In this document: piece by piece, positions 13,891 through 27,557 of the stretch | Position numbering within the stretch: position 1 is the first letter of the stretch | Layout of the letters: each line of letters begins with the position of its first letter | Assembly: GCF_006345805.1 (NCBI RefSeq) | Contig: NC_042997.1 | Location: forward strand, 92,008,001-92,072,000 | Reading direction: 5' to 3' | Length of the DNA stretch: 64,000 bases | Source: Octopus sinensis | Lineage: Eukaryota | Translations under genes and position numbers: made by a program | The notes under the pieces: model-generated | What the model saw: only the letters and a program-made list of their open reading frames with translations | Database searches by the model: none | What the model was told of the DNA's origin: nothing

Positions 13891-14855
13891 GCTTCAGAAT
13901 TTGCTAGTAAAATATAAAATCAAGATAAAGATTCAATAAATATGTTTTAATGGTGGGTACTGAAATATTAATACCATGACATTTTACTTTCTAATTTCAG
14001 TATAAAATGGTTTGATTTGAATAATTAAAAAGCATTTTGTAACGTCACTGTTATATTATTCTATTTTCCTTACTGTATTTGCTTTCAAAATTCATTTGGC
14101 AGAGGAAGATTGCTGCTCATGACCTCTGCATGCCTTCAGATTAATGAGGTCAATATAGTTGGTACTCCCTGAAGGAAAAATCTCCCAGAGTTTAGTAGTT
14201 CTTTGGTAGGAAGGAGTATGGGAAGTCTTATACACTGCTTAGTTTCAATTAAATTTGAAAATAATGAAAAATGTAGTGAAGTAATTTTTTCATTAATAAA
14301 TCTGCTGTTTGGAACATGAATCCTTTAGAATTCGGATTACTCTATCAAATGTAATGCTTACTTGTTCACATTGTTTTAAATTAATCATATATTGTCTCAT
14401 AGTTATCAAGATTTCAACGATGTGATTGTTTATTTTCAGAAAGACATTGTAGACTAGATGTGTGAGTCCAGATCTGACTGGTTTGAACATAGAACATGTA
14501 GAATATTTGGGTTGGATATAAACCAGTTTGAATACTAATGGGTTAAAATTTCAATTTAGATCACTTTCAAACAAGTTGTTTGTATCATAGAAACAAGGGT
14601 AGTCATAGGTGGGTTCATATCAAAAGGGTTAAATCTTAGTTATATCTTTATCTTTCCTTACTCACAAGGTCACCAAAATTTGATATCCCTTCTTCTTACA
14701 AAATTGGTCTTTTACCTAAGGAATCCAATATTTAAACAATCATCATCTTTCAACGTCCATTCTCCATGATGACTTGAGAAGAATTGGCCAGCTGAAGAGC
14801 TGCCCAGGCTCCATTTGTCTGTTTTGGCATGGTTTCTACACCTGGATGCTCTTAA

Positions 14856-15070
14856 CCCTTTAACATTTAAACCAGTCATATCTGACCCAGATATTCTATC
14901 TATTTTATGTTCAAAACGGCCAGATCTGGCCTTTCACACCTACATTGTCATTCTATAAACAAACAATCAGATTGTCAAAATCTGAAAGCTATAAAACAAT
15001 GCATGATTATTTCGAAACAATGTAAATGAATAAGCATTGTATTTGATAGAGTAAACTGAATGCTAAAGGG
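14856..15070. mobile_element. piggyBac-type MITE
   Basis: TTAA|CCCTTTAACATT...AATGCTAAAGGG|TTAA: TTAA TSD and CCC/GGG termini. Confidence 0.8.
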
Positions 15071-18069
15071 TTAAAGTAAATTTGATTGATTGATTGATTC
15101 TAGTTTCAGCTCATGAGCTGTGGCCATGCTGGGGCACGCCTATTTATCATATTAGTTTTCCACATCGGCAACAACTAAATGGGTCAGAAAACTTTTAATG
15201 ATAAATAATTGAAGCACAAGTTTTCAAAGCCTTTCTATATGTAACAATCCACATCAAGAAGTACTAAGTTTACATTGACAAAAAATTTATACTCCATGAA
15301 AAACTCTGCTCATAAAACTTATGTATTTCTCCCCCATCTTCAATTCTTTTATATGCATTTAAAGGAATCTTCCTTGATCTAGTTCTTCAACACTTTTTAA
15401 AAATCAAATTTTAATGTTTCAGTTCTTATGTGGATATCCACAAATCTCTGAATGGGAATACCAAATTTAAATATCAAATGAAGCTTGTTTAGCTACAGAT
15501 TAGCCCTGGCCTATCACACCTATTGTCAATGAGCAGTCCAGCTATGACAACTCAATCCTTTTTCTACATGCATTATCCAATTTGGTTACTTCTTTTAGCA
15601 AGTTGAGCAGCCATGTAGAAACTCCTTCATGATTCACTTGTGATTATGAAGCATTCTCAAATTCATTGAGTTCTAAAATAAATTCCTCCTTTAACGTCAT
15701 GGTAAAAATTATCACAGAAGAATGAAAAAGTTATGTCCAAATAATCTAAATTCGTTAGCATTCACAAATCTATATTTGGTACTACAAATATATCAGTGAA
15801 TTTATGATTTCATTGCATGTCTGTCAAAACTGAAGTAAAATCTAATCAGACTAATCAAATGGAGTTTTAAAATATTTGTTATCATACACTATCATATGAA
15901 TAAGCTGAAAATTAATAGAAACAAAGAAAATAGGTAACAATAAAAATTATACAATATACAGTTGATGAAGTAGACAACTATTATGGTTACATTAGTAAAA
16001 GGAAAAAGAAAATCAGAGGCTTAATTAATGTTTGCAAAGTGACCTTAACATTTTTGAGGGAACAAACTGGAATGCAGACAACCAACTAAGTTAGCAGTAA
16101 CTCAGGATGAAATTGATAGAAGATTACAAAGATTCTTTATTCACACTATGGAAAACATCACTAGTGCTGGTGACACAATAAAGGCAACCAATCTATGCTG
16201 TTATGTGGGTTGGTGATATGCACATTCAATTGTAAAACTAATCTCCCCTCTCACAAAAGAGATGGCATACACAAGATTTTCAATGGAAAGTATCGAAAGT
16301 AAATGTGAAAAGTGGTGAGATCTAATATTAGCCTGAAATAACTGACATAAGCTTTGAGTATGACAATGATGTCTTAGCTACTTACACACCTGCTGTTGTC
16401 ATCGCTGTTTTTAATGTACGAAAATTTGTATACACACTTGTTTGGGCTGCATCAGAGAGACTATGTTAACTACAGCTTCATGTACCAATGTGCTATACAA
16501 CCAGTTTAACTCTTTCATGGCCATATTTTTGTGACGAGTTTGGAAAGGTTTAGTACAAATAACTTTTTCATTCGTGGTAGACATCAGATTAATTTTTGTA
16601 CATAACAAAAAGGCAAATACAGGAAATTTATGTTATAAGTTTTTTGTTTAAATGAGCAGGTGATTTTTGTATTCAAGAACCAGTAATAGTCTCATAAGTT
16701 GGTATCAAAAAAGTTAAACTTTTATTAACTGTACTTCCTCTAACAGCTATTTAGTAGTTTTGTACCCAGCATTTAGCATCCATTCACATTAATACTAGAG
16801 CAGGCATCTCTCCTACATACATTGGAGCTTTTAATGTTTAACTGGTCGCTGTCTTATTTTTCTTAGTTAATTTGTGCTCTGCCATTCTTGCAAGTGAACA
16901 TTATATAGCCAACATACATTGCCCAATAGCTTTATTCCCAAGTAACTTTCTTAGTTCACTTGTGCTTGCCTCTGCAGAATCAATGCACCTATCCCATCAC
17001 CATGAAGTATTACACTTTTCAAACATATTGATTTTACACGTCTGCTTTGGAGACAAACTCTTTGTTACCAACTGTGCAGACTACTAAGCATATTACTATT
17101 TAACCGAGGGGTCTTACAAGTAAAAAATGGTTGAGAACCATTCGGTTACAAGTCGTTCTTAAAGACATTGCTTCAGTCCCAAGTCACTTTCCCCGTGCTT
17201 TATGTAGGGGTCATACTTCTTGAACATTTCTAATAAAGTAATCTATTATTCTTTATCTGAATGCATAAAAACAACATTTATAGAAATAGTTTTAAGAGGA
17301 AATAAAGGGTTACATATAAACAAAATAAATTATGTCATGTTAGTGAGCAACTTTGGATAATTTGGCAGTGTAATCCACAAATTTAACACCATGTGTATAT
17401 AAATACATTACTGAAAGAGTACAAGAGGGAAATGTGACAACTACTTTGATTCATCTCAGGTCTTGTGTTGAGACGAAAACAATTGTACTGCGGCAGAATC
17501 ATTATAGTCGTTAAAAATATCCTTACGCTTATTTATATTCACTTCCAGTTTTTGTTTTTCTGATAGTAAATAATTAAAAACTAGGGTATTAGTAATTGTT
17601 ATTTAAAAGACTTTAATACGCAATAATACACATTATTTAAAATAACAAGGTGAATTAAAATGAAAGTAAATCCGTTACTTGTAACGGAAGCAGTATTGGT
17701 TCTGAATAGTATTCTGTACATCTTACTTAACGCTAATACAGCCACAAAACTGTAGTATTCGTCTTGAGAAAGTAATTTTTTCAAATAGTTATAATAACTC
17801 AACCGTAAAGCAAGTGTAAGATAAGGATGATCGTTATTCTTCACAATCACAAAGAAAAAAAGAAAGAACTTTTGAGAGAAAGTGACCCCAGAGAAAATAT
17901 GGGCATATTTTCATGTGAAAATGATTAATGAACTTTTGGAGGTTGGTTAAAGAAAGAAAAAAATAATGAAAAAACAAACAGGAGATGAGGGTCACCAATC
18001 TATATTGATGACGAAGCATCAAAATTGTTTGCTAGAGTGGATTAATAAAATATAGCCAAGCGTACTTAC

Positions 18070-18230
18070 GAGGTACAAAACAGCTTGTAAAATTAACACG
18101 AAACAAGGAAGCAAAAAAAAATAAACAAAGCTACTTCTCGTTGGGTTCCCTAATATCTCAACATTCCGCAACAGAAACAAGTTACAATCCTAATTAAACT
18201 TAAAACGATGTTTCGTTAGTTTTGAATTAC
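18070..18230 (-). other. FUNDC1: Probable non-coding first exon (5' UTR) of FUNDC1; 5' end approximate
   Basis: Strong minus-strand donor CTC|gtaagt at 18069 just downstream of ETS/NRF1 motifs in a CpG-retaining segment. The coding exon at 13903 has an acceptor, so an upstream exon is required. Confidence 0.6.
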
Positions 18231-18257
18231 TTCCGGCGAAAGCAACAATGCGCATGC
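18229..18257. promoter_or_regulatory. Putative FUNDC1 promoter: ETS/GABP site ACTTCCGG (18229-36) and NRF1-like TGCGCATGC (18249-57)
   Basis: Both motifs read directly, 12 bp apart, within a CpG-rich stretch (~17450-21800) flanked by CpG-depleted DNA. Confidence 0.6.
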
Positions 18258-20580
18258 TTACTATTATTCATGTACAGTTTTCGCTACGAAGTACAATGAA
18301 ATGGCAAGTGCTTTTTTTTTTTAATTTACACAAGATAATTCTACAAAAATAGAATCGAGAAAATACTTTACAAAAACATAAGAAACACAGAAATTGCTTT
18401 TCTAGAAAAATAAAGAAAAAATTACTTGACTTTAAACGTATTCGTTACGTGTATTTAGCTAGTCAAGTGAAACGTTGATATCCTTTCCGGGGCTAATTCA
18501 GTTTCGCACATCTTGTGAAATGCATTTTTTGAAAAAATTTTATTTTTTTAAATTTCACCTCCTATCTTCCACCCCCCACCAATTAAAATTTTTGCTTTTG
18601 TTTACTTTAAAGAGATCGTAGCGAATTGACGAACATATGCAAATTAAAATTAAATACAGACAAAAAACATTAAAGTGAAAAGAATATGCGTTTTATTTGT
18701 TTTTGCCTTAAATAATCGTAAATAATAATGTAAATTAAATATACACCACATCCCCATACTCAAATTAGCTCTCATAATGGAGCAATTTCACAAATTGAGC
18801 ATTAAAATTTTTCTCTGATATCCAAACGTCAATGGTTACAAGGCATTGCTGAAATTAGCAAACACATCGTCCTATTTTACATCCTATAAACATAAAATAA
18901 GATAGGAAACATTGAATAACATACACTACGCCCGGAAGAAAAACGTGAAGGTCATGACAAACACACTTTCATCATAAGTTTGTTCGACCAGTGTTTATAA
19001 TCAACAAAATTAGAAGCAGAATTTTGGTTTTAAGAACCCCATATAACCCCTCAAAGTTTTTTTTTTAATAATTAGAGCCTCTCGCCGGTAAATTGCAATT
19101 TAAGAAAAATATAATAACGATTAAGAAACAACATAATTCGAAATGCATAAGATTAAATTCCTATTTACACAAGTGTCCCCCCTCCCCGACTTTGTTTCCT
19201 CATAACTTTCAGGAAATGGATATTTTAAAATGAAATCCACTACAAATATGCTTCTGATAGTGTAGATTCCGATTATATCAGAATTTGTAGGTGAAAAAAT
19301 CTCTGCGTGCGGGGAGAGGAGTTTCGGAAACATGAGTCGGCTTTGTTTCCCTATAATTTTCAGAAAAATGGATACTTTTTCATATTTTCTATAAATTAAT
19401 ACCTTTCAGAGTGTGAAGGTTACGATTATATAGGAATTCAATGTATTAAAAAAAGAAAAGTGACCTCACACTCAGACATACTGACACACATCACAATTCC
19501 TTTCTAGAAATTTTAAGTTCCATTTTGTAGATATATGTAATGTGGATGTGTAACAGTATGTATGTGCAATTAAACCTTTTTTTTTTTTCATTCCAATATA
19601 ATCGTAATCTACACACTCTCTGAAGGTATTTGCTGAAAATTACCCATGTTTCTGAAAGTTATGAGGAATTCCCAAAACCCCTCTCCCCATTCAGAGGGGG
19701 GGTGCTTTTCACAACAATCTCCAATATAATAGGATTCTATAATTCATGTGAAGCGCATTTGTTGAAAAGTTAACAAAAATATGCATTTTTCTGAAAGTTA
19801 TAAAGAAACAGAGTCAGTGAGAGACGCATAGTTGTGTAGGTATGCCGGATTTTAAAAAGTGCAATCAGTCAACTTACTAAAGGTAGCAGCTAAATCTTCC
19901 TCAAACCACACAATTCTTCAATTAATGATAGTTCACAACAAAAGCGTCTTTTGATCAAAGATTTGCTCGATCGGGTCTGCCCTAGTGTCAAATCATTACG
20001 GGCCACTAATTATTAGCATAAGTCGGGGAACAACTGAATTCTTTTATTTCTGACACTTAAGTCTGTAAATTAATAAACTTGGTTTCCCACTTTGAAATGA
20101 ATTAATTGAAAGGGGGAAAATGGTATTTTTTAAATGTTACACAAAAACAAGGGTTAAAATGAGCAACAAAAAAAAAACAGAAAATATAGAATAGGATACG
20201 ATGAAAGATAGTGACTAGGTATGCAGTTGGAGCTGATGCTTGAAGAGTATTTAGGCAAACATTTTTGTTAAGTAATTTTGCCTAAATCTAGAAAATGATC
20301 TGTACATATTTCATAAACAATTAAGAATATTAAATGCCAATCAAAAAACTTACAACTTTTAGAAGCCAAAATATGAGTATCTTCTCCAATGTTGATGCAA
20401 CCCAGACTTGCGTCGCTGCCAAATTTGTGCTAAGAACAAACGAAGGTTATGAGAAACATGGCCTTGATTTTTTTTTTTTTTTGAAAAGTTGGGCGTCAGC
20501 TGAAACTTTCGATATGAACCAAGGGGGAGAATTGGTAGTTAGAGATACTTTAATATGATCAAGTCGCAAGAAATTCTTGG

Positions 20581-21020
20581 GGATCTTTTCCTTTTGAACG
20601 GCACTTTTCAAACAATTTCTAGTTAACTAAACACTTTTAAACTTCGTATACTGGTAGAATGTGTTTATAAAACATCACTTTTTTCTTGGCTTTATTGAGA
20701 AAATTCTATATGTTGTAACATATTTCGTCTTTAATTTCGAGCATTTCGGCAATTTTAACCAATCGCTTACGTCCATTTAGGTAAATAACATTCTGCGCAT
20801 AATGAACAGAATGTTATTTACCTAAATGGACGTAAGCGATTGGTTAAAATTGCCGAAATGCTCGAAATTAAAGACGAAATATGTTACAACATATAGAATT
20901 TTCTCAATAAAGCCAAGAAAAATGATGTTTTATAAACACATTCTACCAGTATACGAAGTTTAAAACTTTTTAGTTACCTAGAAATTATGTTACAAAGTGC
21001 CGTTCAAAAGGAAAAGATCC
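20581..21020. mobile_element. Fold-back MITE, ~215-bp TIRs, 11-nt spacer, 8-bp TSD ATTCTTGG
   Basis: Arms 20581-20795 and 20807-21020 are near-perfect reverse complements; ATTCTTGG at 20573-80 and 21021-28; termini GGATC...GATCC. Confidence 0.92.
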
Positions 21021-21324
21021 ATTCTTGGTTTTCGACTCCGATTAGCCCAGATCTAGTTATCTCACGACCATAGGCATTCCGGCCATGACAATCCCGTCTT
21101 TTACTTATATGTTGAGAACCCAGAAACACATTATCCAATCGATAATGTAGCTCAGGATTCTCTGCTCAAAGGAAAACAGTTTACTTAAAAGCAAACTCCT
21201 GCTCAAATTATGACGTATTTTAAGATTTTTAACGAATTATTTATTTAATTATATACACAGCTATGACAATTTCACTTTCGCAGATATCAAAGTTACTTTT
21301 TTAAGAAGTTATGGTGTGATTTAA

Positions 21325-22008
21325 GGAAAATTTGGCTGGTATTTCTAGCATGTGAAGCCTTTACACACGGACTGGCTTCTGAAATAAGTCTTCTCCCTCA
21401 ATAGCGGCGACTGTTGCAAAGGAGGAGGAAGCTATCAATTCCAAATGTTACGTATTATATATGTAATTATCTAAAAAAAATTAATTTTTTAATCGTTAAA
21501 ACTTCAGAACGGTTAATATAAAGATCTTCACCCGTTAACAAAGACAAAAAAAAAAACCAATACGACAAAAAAATTTGCGCAAACGAACCTGGGAGGTGGA
21601 GAGAGGACTTTCGGAAAATTCACAAGATCCGATTTTTCCGTCATAACTTTCGGGAAAATTTATATATATCGATTTTTTTTTACGGAATCCCACGTTTTTG
21701 GTTATGGAGGATCCAATTCTGAAAAAGAGTTTTCAAAAATCGCATTTTCAAACTTTCGATTTTCCGGCCTTGGCCTTCAAGCAGGCTATCCACATGCTAG
21801 AAATAACAGCCAAATCTCAGTTTTTTTGTTTTTTTTTAACTTTTTTGAATTCTTTTTGGCAAGACTTCCGCCCGTCTAACCCCCCCCCCCCCCCACACAC
21901 ACACACACAAAAAAATAACCACCCTTAAAAAAAAAGACAGGCGGAAGTCTTGCCAAAAAGAATTCAAAAAAGTTTTTAAAAAAAAAACTGAGATTTGGCT
22001 GTTATTTT
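21325..22008. mobile_element. Composite MITE (TTAA-flanked GG..ATTTGGCTG..TTTCTAGCA family) with extra ~75-bp inverted arms 21801-21877 / 21935-22008
   Basis: Terminal motif shared with 56076-56578; the arms are visibly reverse complementary. Confidence 0.65.
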
Positions 22009-23457
22009 AATAGAGAGAGAGACAGACAGACAGGCAGATAACATCTGTCAGTTTTCATCTGTCAAATTCACTCAAAAGGCTATGGTTGGCCTGAGGTTAT
22101 AGTAGAAGACACATCACCAAGGTACCACACAGTGTGACTAAATCCAAGACCACATGGTTGGGAAGCAAGCTTCTTAATGATTTTTTTTAAAGGCTGTCTC
22201 AGTTAATTTTGAAAATGCTCTCCCATCCTGAGAAATATTTATAAAATCAAAGTACTGAGCAAAGAGGGAATTCATATGCACTTGTTAAGGCTAAGAGTAA
22301 ACCATTTTCTTTTTGTCTTTTTTATATGTTAATATCCAGTGGAGTAAGAACAGTGCTCATGTCTCTTTTCAGAGTCTTGCTGACTTGTAGGAGAAAGGAG
22401 GTAGCTATCTCAAGACAAGACACCAGCCCAAATAATTGCAATACACTGTACTCTGTAAAAGTATCTACTGGCCAGATGGTGGTGTTAAACTGGACTCTAC
22501 TATCAATAGGGAATCTAGAGAGGAAACAAGAATCATAGACAGGATCATGGAGAAAGAGATAAGGAGGTTATATAAAATTTAAGATGGCCATATGTTTACC
22601 ATCAAAGCAATATTTTTGTAACTGGATTTGTTCCACATCTAGGATCTGACATTTACATCCATCATAACTCTAAATATTATATTAGTTACTGGTCAGGTGT
22701 GCCTAAAAGCTAATTTGTGAATTGTCATTGGCAACACTTCTTGTAATCTGATACTGAGGACATTAGTTATGTGATCTGGAGAAAGAAAAAAATGCAGAAT
22801 AACACATTAGATCAATAGCTCTCAACCAGGGTCTATAAAAGATTTTCTAGGGTCCATGCCAGCAAAACAGTACATTAGGTGTCTGTGGATAGGAATCAAA
22901 GGAGTCCATAAATAAAACGGTGATTGAGAACCACTGTATTAGTTGATGGCAAAGCTCTGGAGGGTTTTGCCGTGACTTTTGAGCACTATCTGTTAAATCT
23001 GTTCATCCACTCAGTATCTAGTGATATTCACCATCGATTCAGTAAAATTCATTTGCCAAAATATTCAAATCCACCATGCTGCATCCCATGACATAAATGT
23101 AACCTGGCTTGGGTGGTTACATGTATTCTATCCATAGCTGGGATTCTGACAGATGATACTATTCCTGGTCAGAGTAAACCTGGGAACAATAGGTAGCTAT
23201 TCATGTCACATCTCTTGATTGGGACATCTGGCGTTGGAGAAGTTGCATTGGGCTGAGCAAGTTGCTTGACTGGATTGATTGATATTGATTTGTTGAAGGT
23301 CTACTAGAAAACTTTTTCCACTAGTATACGCTATTTGAGACATCATTAACAAAAGTGGTAGAGGTAAAAGGTAGTACATTGAGCAACAGGGTTTTATAAT
23401 TAAACAAAAAAGTCTCTGCGTAGTTGTTTGGCCTGCTAGAGACAGCAACTAGATTAA

Positions 23458-23669
23458 CCCTTTCATTACTGTATTTATTTTGAGATGCTCTGTGTTTCTT
23501 TCAATTACTTTAAATATAATAGATAATTTTGTAAAACAACTTAATTATCATTCAGCTAGTGTTAAGAACATAAATTGTGACTAAGGTTTGGTGGAAGATT
23601 TTAATTCAAAAAACAAGACATTTGTACTCAGAGCCAGAGCCGGTTTCAGTCGGGTTGGTAATGAAAGGG
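23458..23669. mobile_element. piggyBac-type MITE
   Basis: TTAA|CCCTTTCATTAC...GTAATGAAAGGG|TTAA; perfect 12-bp TIR. Confidence 0.85.
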
Positions 23670-24894
23670 TTAACCTGAAATTACACAATACTATCTTGTA
23701 GAGGGTAAACATATTCAGTAATGTAATCTTAGGGTTTTAAAGAACAATAGAGAGCCATGTGCTCCCAATAATGGTCCTTTCTAAAAGCACCAGAAATGAT
23801 TTTCTACCTAATAGTCATATTATTGCCATACAAAGAAAATATAATAATAATCTCAAAGGAGATTAACTATACCAGCTCTGATGCCAGAATGATATTTATC
23901 TCCATTGTAGTATGTAGAATGTAGGCACATCACAGCATGCACATGAAATAATTGTCAGTGAAGCAAAGCTAACACTGAATTTAATCATGACCATTTCTTC
24001 CTCAGTCTCTATTTATAGCTCAGTGAACTAAACTAGCAATAGCTTTTGTCATGAACACATCAATAATGTGAATCAAACAATCAAATATTATGATTCTCTT
24101 TGTCTCTACCTCCCAGTGTCTAGACATTGGTGTAACACAATTTGAATAGGTTAGTCTTGTCAACTTTTTTTTTATTAAAATTATTTTCAACTAGCAGAGA
24201 TACCTAGCATTGCTTGGGATTAAAATGGTATAGTTTGTATATATATATATATTACAGTTATGTTGAAACATGTAATATTGGAAAGTGCAGCATTGACAAC
24301 AAAACATTTGTGGAGTAAATGATGGTCTAATTCAGCTAAGCAACATATAATACATCCATTTGGAGGATTCCATGTCCTAACCTATCATGGAAAATTGGGA
24401 GTGGAGGGGTATATAATTTTTGAACCCACTGAAAAGTTGTCTGTGGATATACTCGCCTTTGAGGCGGTCAGTGTTGCATCTAACATGACTCATCATATGG
24501 TTGACAGTCAAATTAATGGAGATATTGTACATAAATGGGTACATTTGGGAAATGGGCTGCAATGGGAGATGGCAATGGAGAAGTGAATTGTTGAAATGTT
24601 GCAGAAGGTGAAGGGTTGACATTGGATTGCAGGTGTGGCTGTAGAATAAGAAATATAAAGTGAACTATGGAGTCACATGAGAATAAGTAGTAATGAATTA
24701 TTTGAAAAAATAAGGCATAATGGCTTACCACGTGGTATGTATATAGTATGTCTAAATTTTTGTATGCAGTGTAAATTAATGAAATATAAGCAAATGAAGA
24801 AAACAGAAGCACATGTATGGAGCTGTTAATTTAACAGTAAATGCTATAATAATTATTACAGAGAGACAAAGAATTATATATATATATATATATA

Positions 24895-25095
24895 TCACCT
24901 TGACCAACCAGTCTGTCAGGCGTCCATTTGACAACACTGGTCACAGCACGCTGTCCACTCCTCGCGCAGTTGTCGAGTGGTACCCACGCAAGCAGAAACG
25001 ACCACCTGGAAGGCCTCCACGATGGTGGAATTACGGTTTCAGGAGGACGATTGGGATCACGTGGATGAGAAAGGCGTGATCCAGAGAGAAGTGGA
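24895..25095 (+). mobile_element. RTE-clade LINE ORF2 C-terminal fragment between (TA)n runs
   Basis: RAVVEWYPRKQKRPPGRPPRWW matches the RTE C-terminal WxP...KRPxGRP..RW motif. Confidence 0.75.
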
Positions 25096-25294
25096 TATAT
25101 ATATATATATATAAAGGATAAATTTCTTAATGTAAGGGTAAATATGTAATTGTAAATACCTTGCAACTGCTGCGATAATTAACTGGTGATGGAACAGTTA
25201 ATGTGTATTTTTATATATACCTTGGACCTTGTGACTTCATGGTTTTTTTTTTTCAAGAGTTTCACCTCTAGAACTCACATACATACATTCAAGC

Positions 25295-26070
25295 ATGTCA
25301 GTCGTCACATATGTATATGTATGTGTAGATGCGTGTGTTTGTTTGATAACATATGTAAGCGGAAACACACACACTCAGAGACACATACACATTCATACAC
25401 TCACAGACAGATATACACTCATATACAAAATGTGATGTTGTCTTCATTGTTGTGGTATAAAATATTCCTGACATAAATTCACATACATATACTGAAATAA
25501 CCACACAGAGACATATATTCACACTTGTCAGTCATTAACATATGTATATATATGTGTAGATGCGTGTGTGTGTGTGTGTTTAATAATGTACTTAACGCAG
25601 AAAGACACACACACACACTATGGGACATATACACACTCATACACTTACACACATACACTCACAGACAGATACACAGTCATGTACAAAATGTGATGTCGTA
25701 GTCATGGTATAAAATATCCTGTTGATAATAGAAAGATTATCTCTATGAAATGTTATATTGTTTTAATCGAAATGAAAATAAAATTTTGTATAGACACTGG
25801 CTAGGCCTCACATACATATAGTAAGATAGACACACACAGGCATACATTCACACATGCCAATCGTCACATATATATATATGCATGTGTTTAATAACATACC
25901 TAACACGGAAAGACACATACACTGAGATATATACACACTTATATTTTTATACACATACATTCACAGACAGATACATAGTCATAGAAAATGTGATGTCATT
26001 GCCATTATGGTATAAAATGTCTTGTTGACAATAGAAAGATTATCTCTATGAAATGTTATAGTTTTAACTC
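25295..26070 (+). repeat. Three diverged tandem copies of a ~270-300-bp CA-rich unit
   Basis: cactcacagacagata..aaaatgtgatgt..ggtataaaat recurs near 25400, 25660 and 25960. Confidence 0.75.
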
Positions 26071-26094
26071 AATGCATTTTTTGAAGGTAAGGGC

Positions 26095-26408
26095 ATTGCT
26101 TTTATGTCCTGTTCTTGTCACTTTTTTTACCCCTCCACAAAATAATTTTATTTAATTCATTTTGCAGGAAGGATTGCTTCGGCGTGGTCGTGTTCTGCCC
26201 TTACCTTCGAAACACGCATTGAGTCGAAACAGGGGCAGCTGAAGAAAGGGAATGTTCCTTGTGTTGTTTGTCTTGTAATCTGTTTTTTCGTTGTTAAAAA
26301 AAGTCCGTTTCCTTGATTGGTTTTATGTTTTCGTTGTGTTCTACGTTTATTTGTGGTGTCCTGTATTCATATATGCATGTATATATACATATAGATGTAG
26401 GTATGTAC

Positions 26409-26439
<31 letters not shown>

Positions 26440-27277
26440 CATATGTTTTATTTATTAAATTGTTATTATATGATTGAACGCACGCGTCGTTTTCTTCTTC
26501 CAAGTAAGTTTTATTTCAATAATTATGACGCGCACTCTTAACTCTTTACTTGACCTTTCCTCCCTGCCTGTCTATCTTCCTCTCTACCCATCACTCTCCT
26601 TATTTTTCACCCTTTCTGGTTTCTTCTCCTCTCTCTCTCACTCCTCCTCCTCTCTCCCGTCGCTGACCAGAGGGCTGCTAACTTTCTTTCTGCCCACTGC
26701 TTTCAACAAGTCAACATTGGCTTTTTTCTGTCTTCCGCAAGCCGATCTTCAGAATGCATTCTAATGAATTTTTCCACCATCTAGGCTTAAAAAAAAGCCC
26801 TTATTGTTGGTTTCCTTGTCCTGTCTTTTACTGTTTTTATCTTTATTTGTACTGTTTTTTTCTTCATTTGTATTGCTTTTACGTCCTGTTCTTGTTACTT
26901 TTTTTACCCCTCCGCCAAAAATTTTTATCTAATTCATTTTACGGGAAGGACTACTTTGGCGTGGTCGTGTTCTGCCCTTACCTTCGAAACACGCATTGAG
27001 TCGAAACAGGGGCAGCTGAAGAAGGGGAATCTACCTTGTGTTGTTTGTCTTGTACTCTGTTTTTTCGTTGTTAAAAAAAGTTTGTTTCCTTGTTTGGTTT
27101 TATGTTTTCATTTCTCATGGTGTTCTACGTTTATTTGTGGTGTCCTGTACTCATATATGCATGTATATATACATATAGATGTAGGTATGTACATATATGT
27201 ATGTATGTATGCATATGTTTTATTTATTAAATTGTTATTATATGATTGAACGCATGCGTCGTTTTCTTCTTTCAAGT
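26095..27277. mobile_element. Partial tandem repeat element: two ~410-bp direct repeats (26095-26505, 26873-27277), period ~780 bp
   Basis: The copies are clearly alignable; no TG..CA LTR ends seen. Confidence 0.7.
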
Positions 27278-27279
27278 TT

Positions 27280-27312
<33 letters not shown>

Positions 27313-27369
27313 GTATATAAATGTGACCTCGTGTGTACCGTTGGCGATTTTTTTCCTCTGTCTTCCCTT

Positions 27370-27412
27370 CTCTGATGTTTCCGACGAAGAGCTCCGCTCG
27401 AAATGTTAAACC
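27370..27412 (+). ncRNA. Degenerate minimal type-I hammerhead ribozyme in a Penelope pseudo-LTR
   Basis: GTTT C-CGACGA A-GAGC-TCC-GCTC GAAA T GTT AAAC: stems I and II intact; U4>C and C15.2>T substitutions. Confidence 0.65.
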
Positions 27413-27499
27413 CTCCTTCTTTCCTGAGCGTCCAATAATACTATATTTGTTCCATGTCCTCGTGTGTGTTTTTTTGTGCTTTCTTGTTTGGATTAACTG

Positions 27500-27557
<58 letters not shown>

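Noticed and set aside
23206-23448. 80-aa minus ORF resembling a small secreted Cys-containing peptide (MYYLLPLPLLLMMSQ...)
   Set aside because: No supporting promoter, splice or homology evidence; ORFs of this length are expected by chance.
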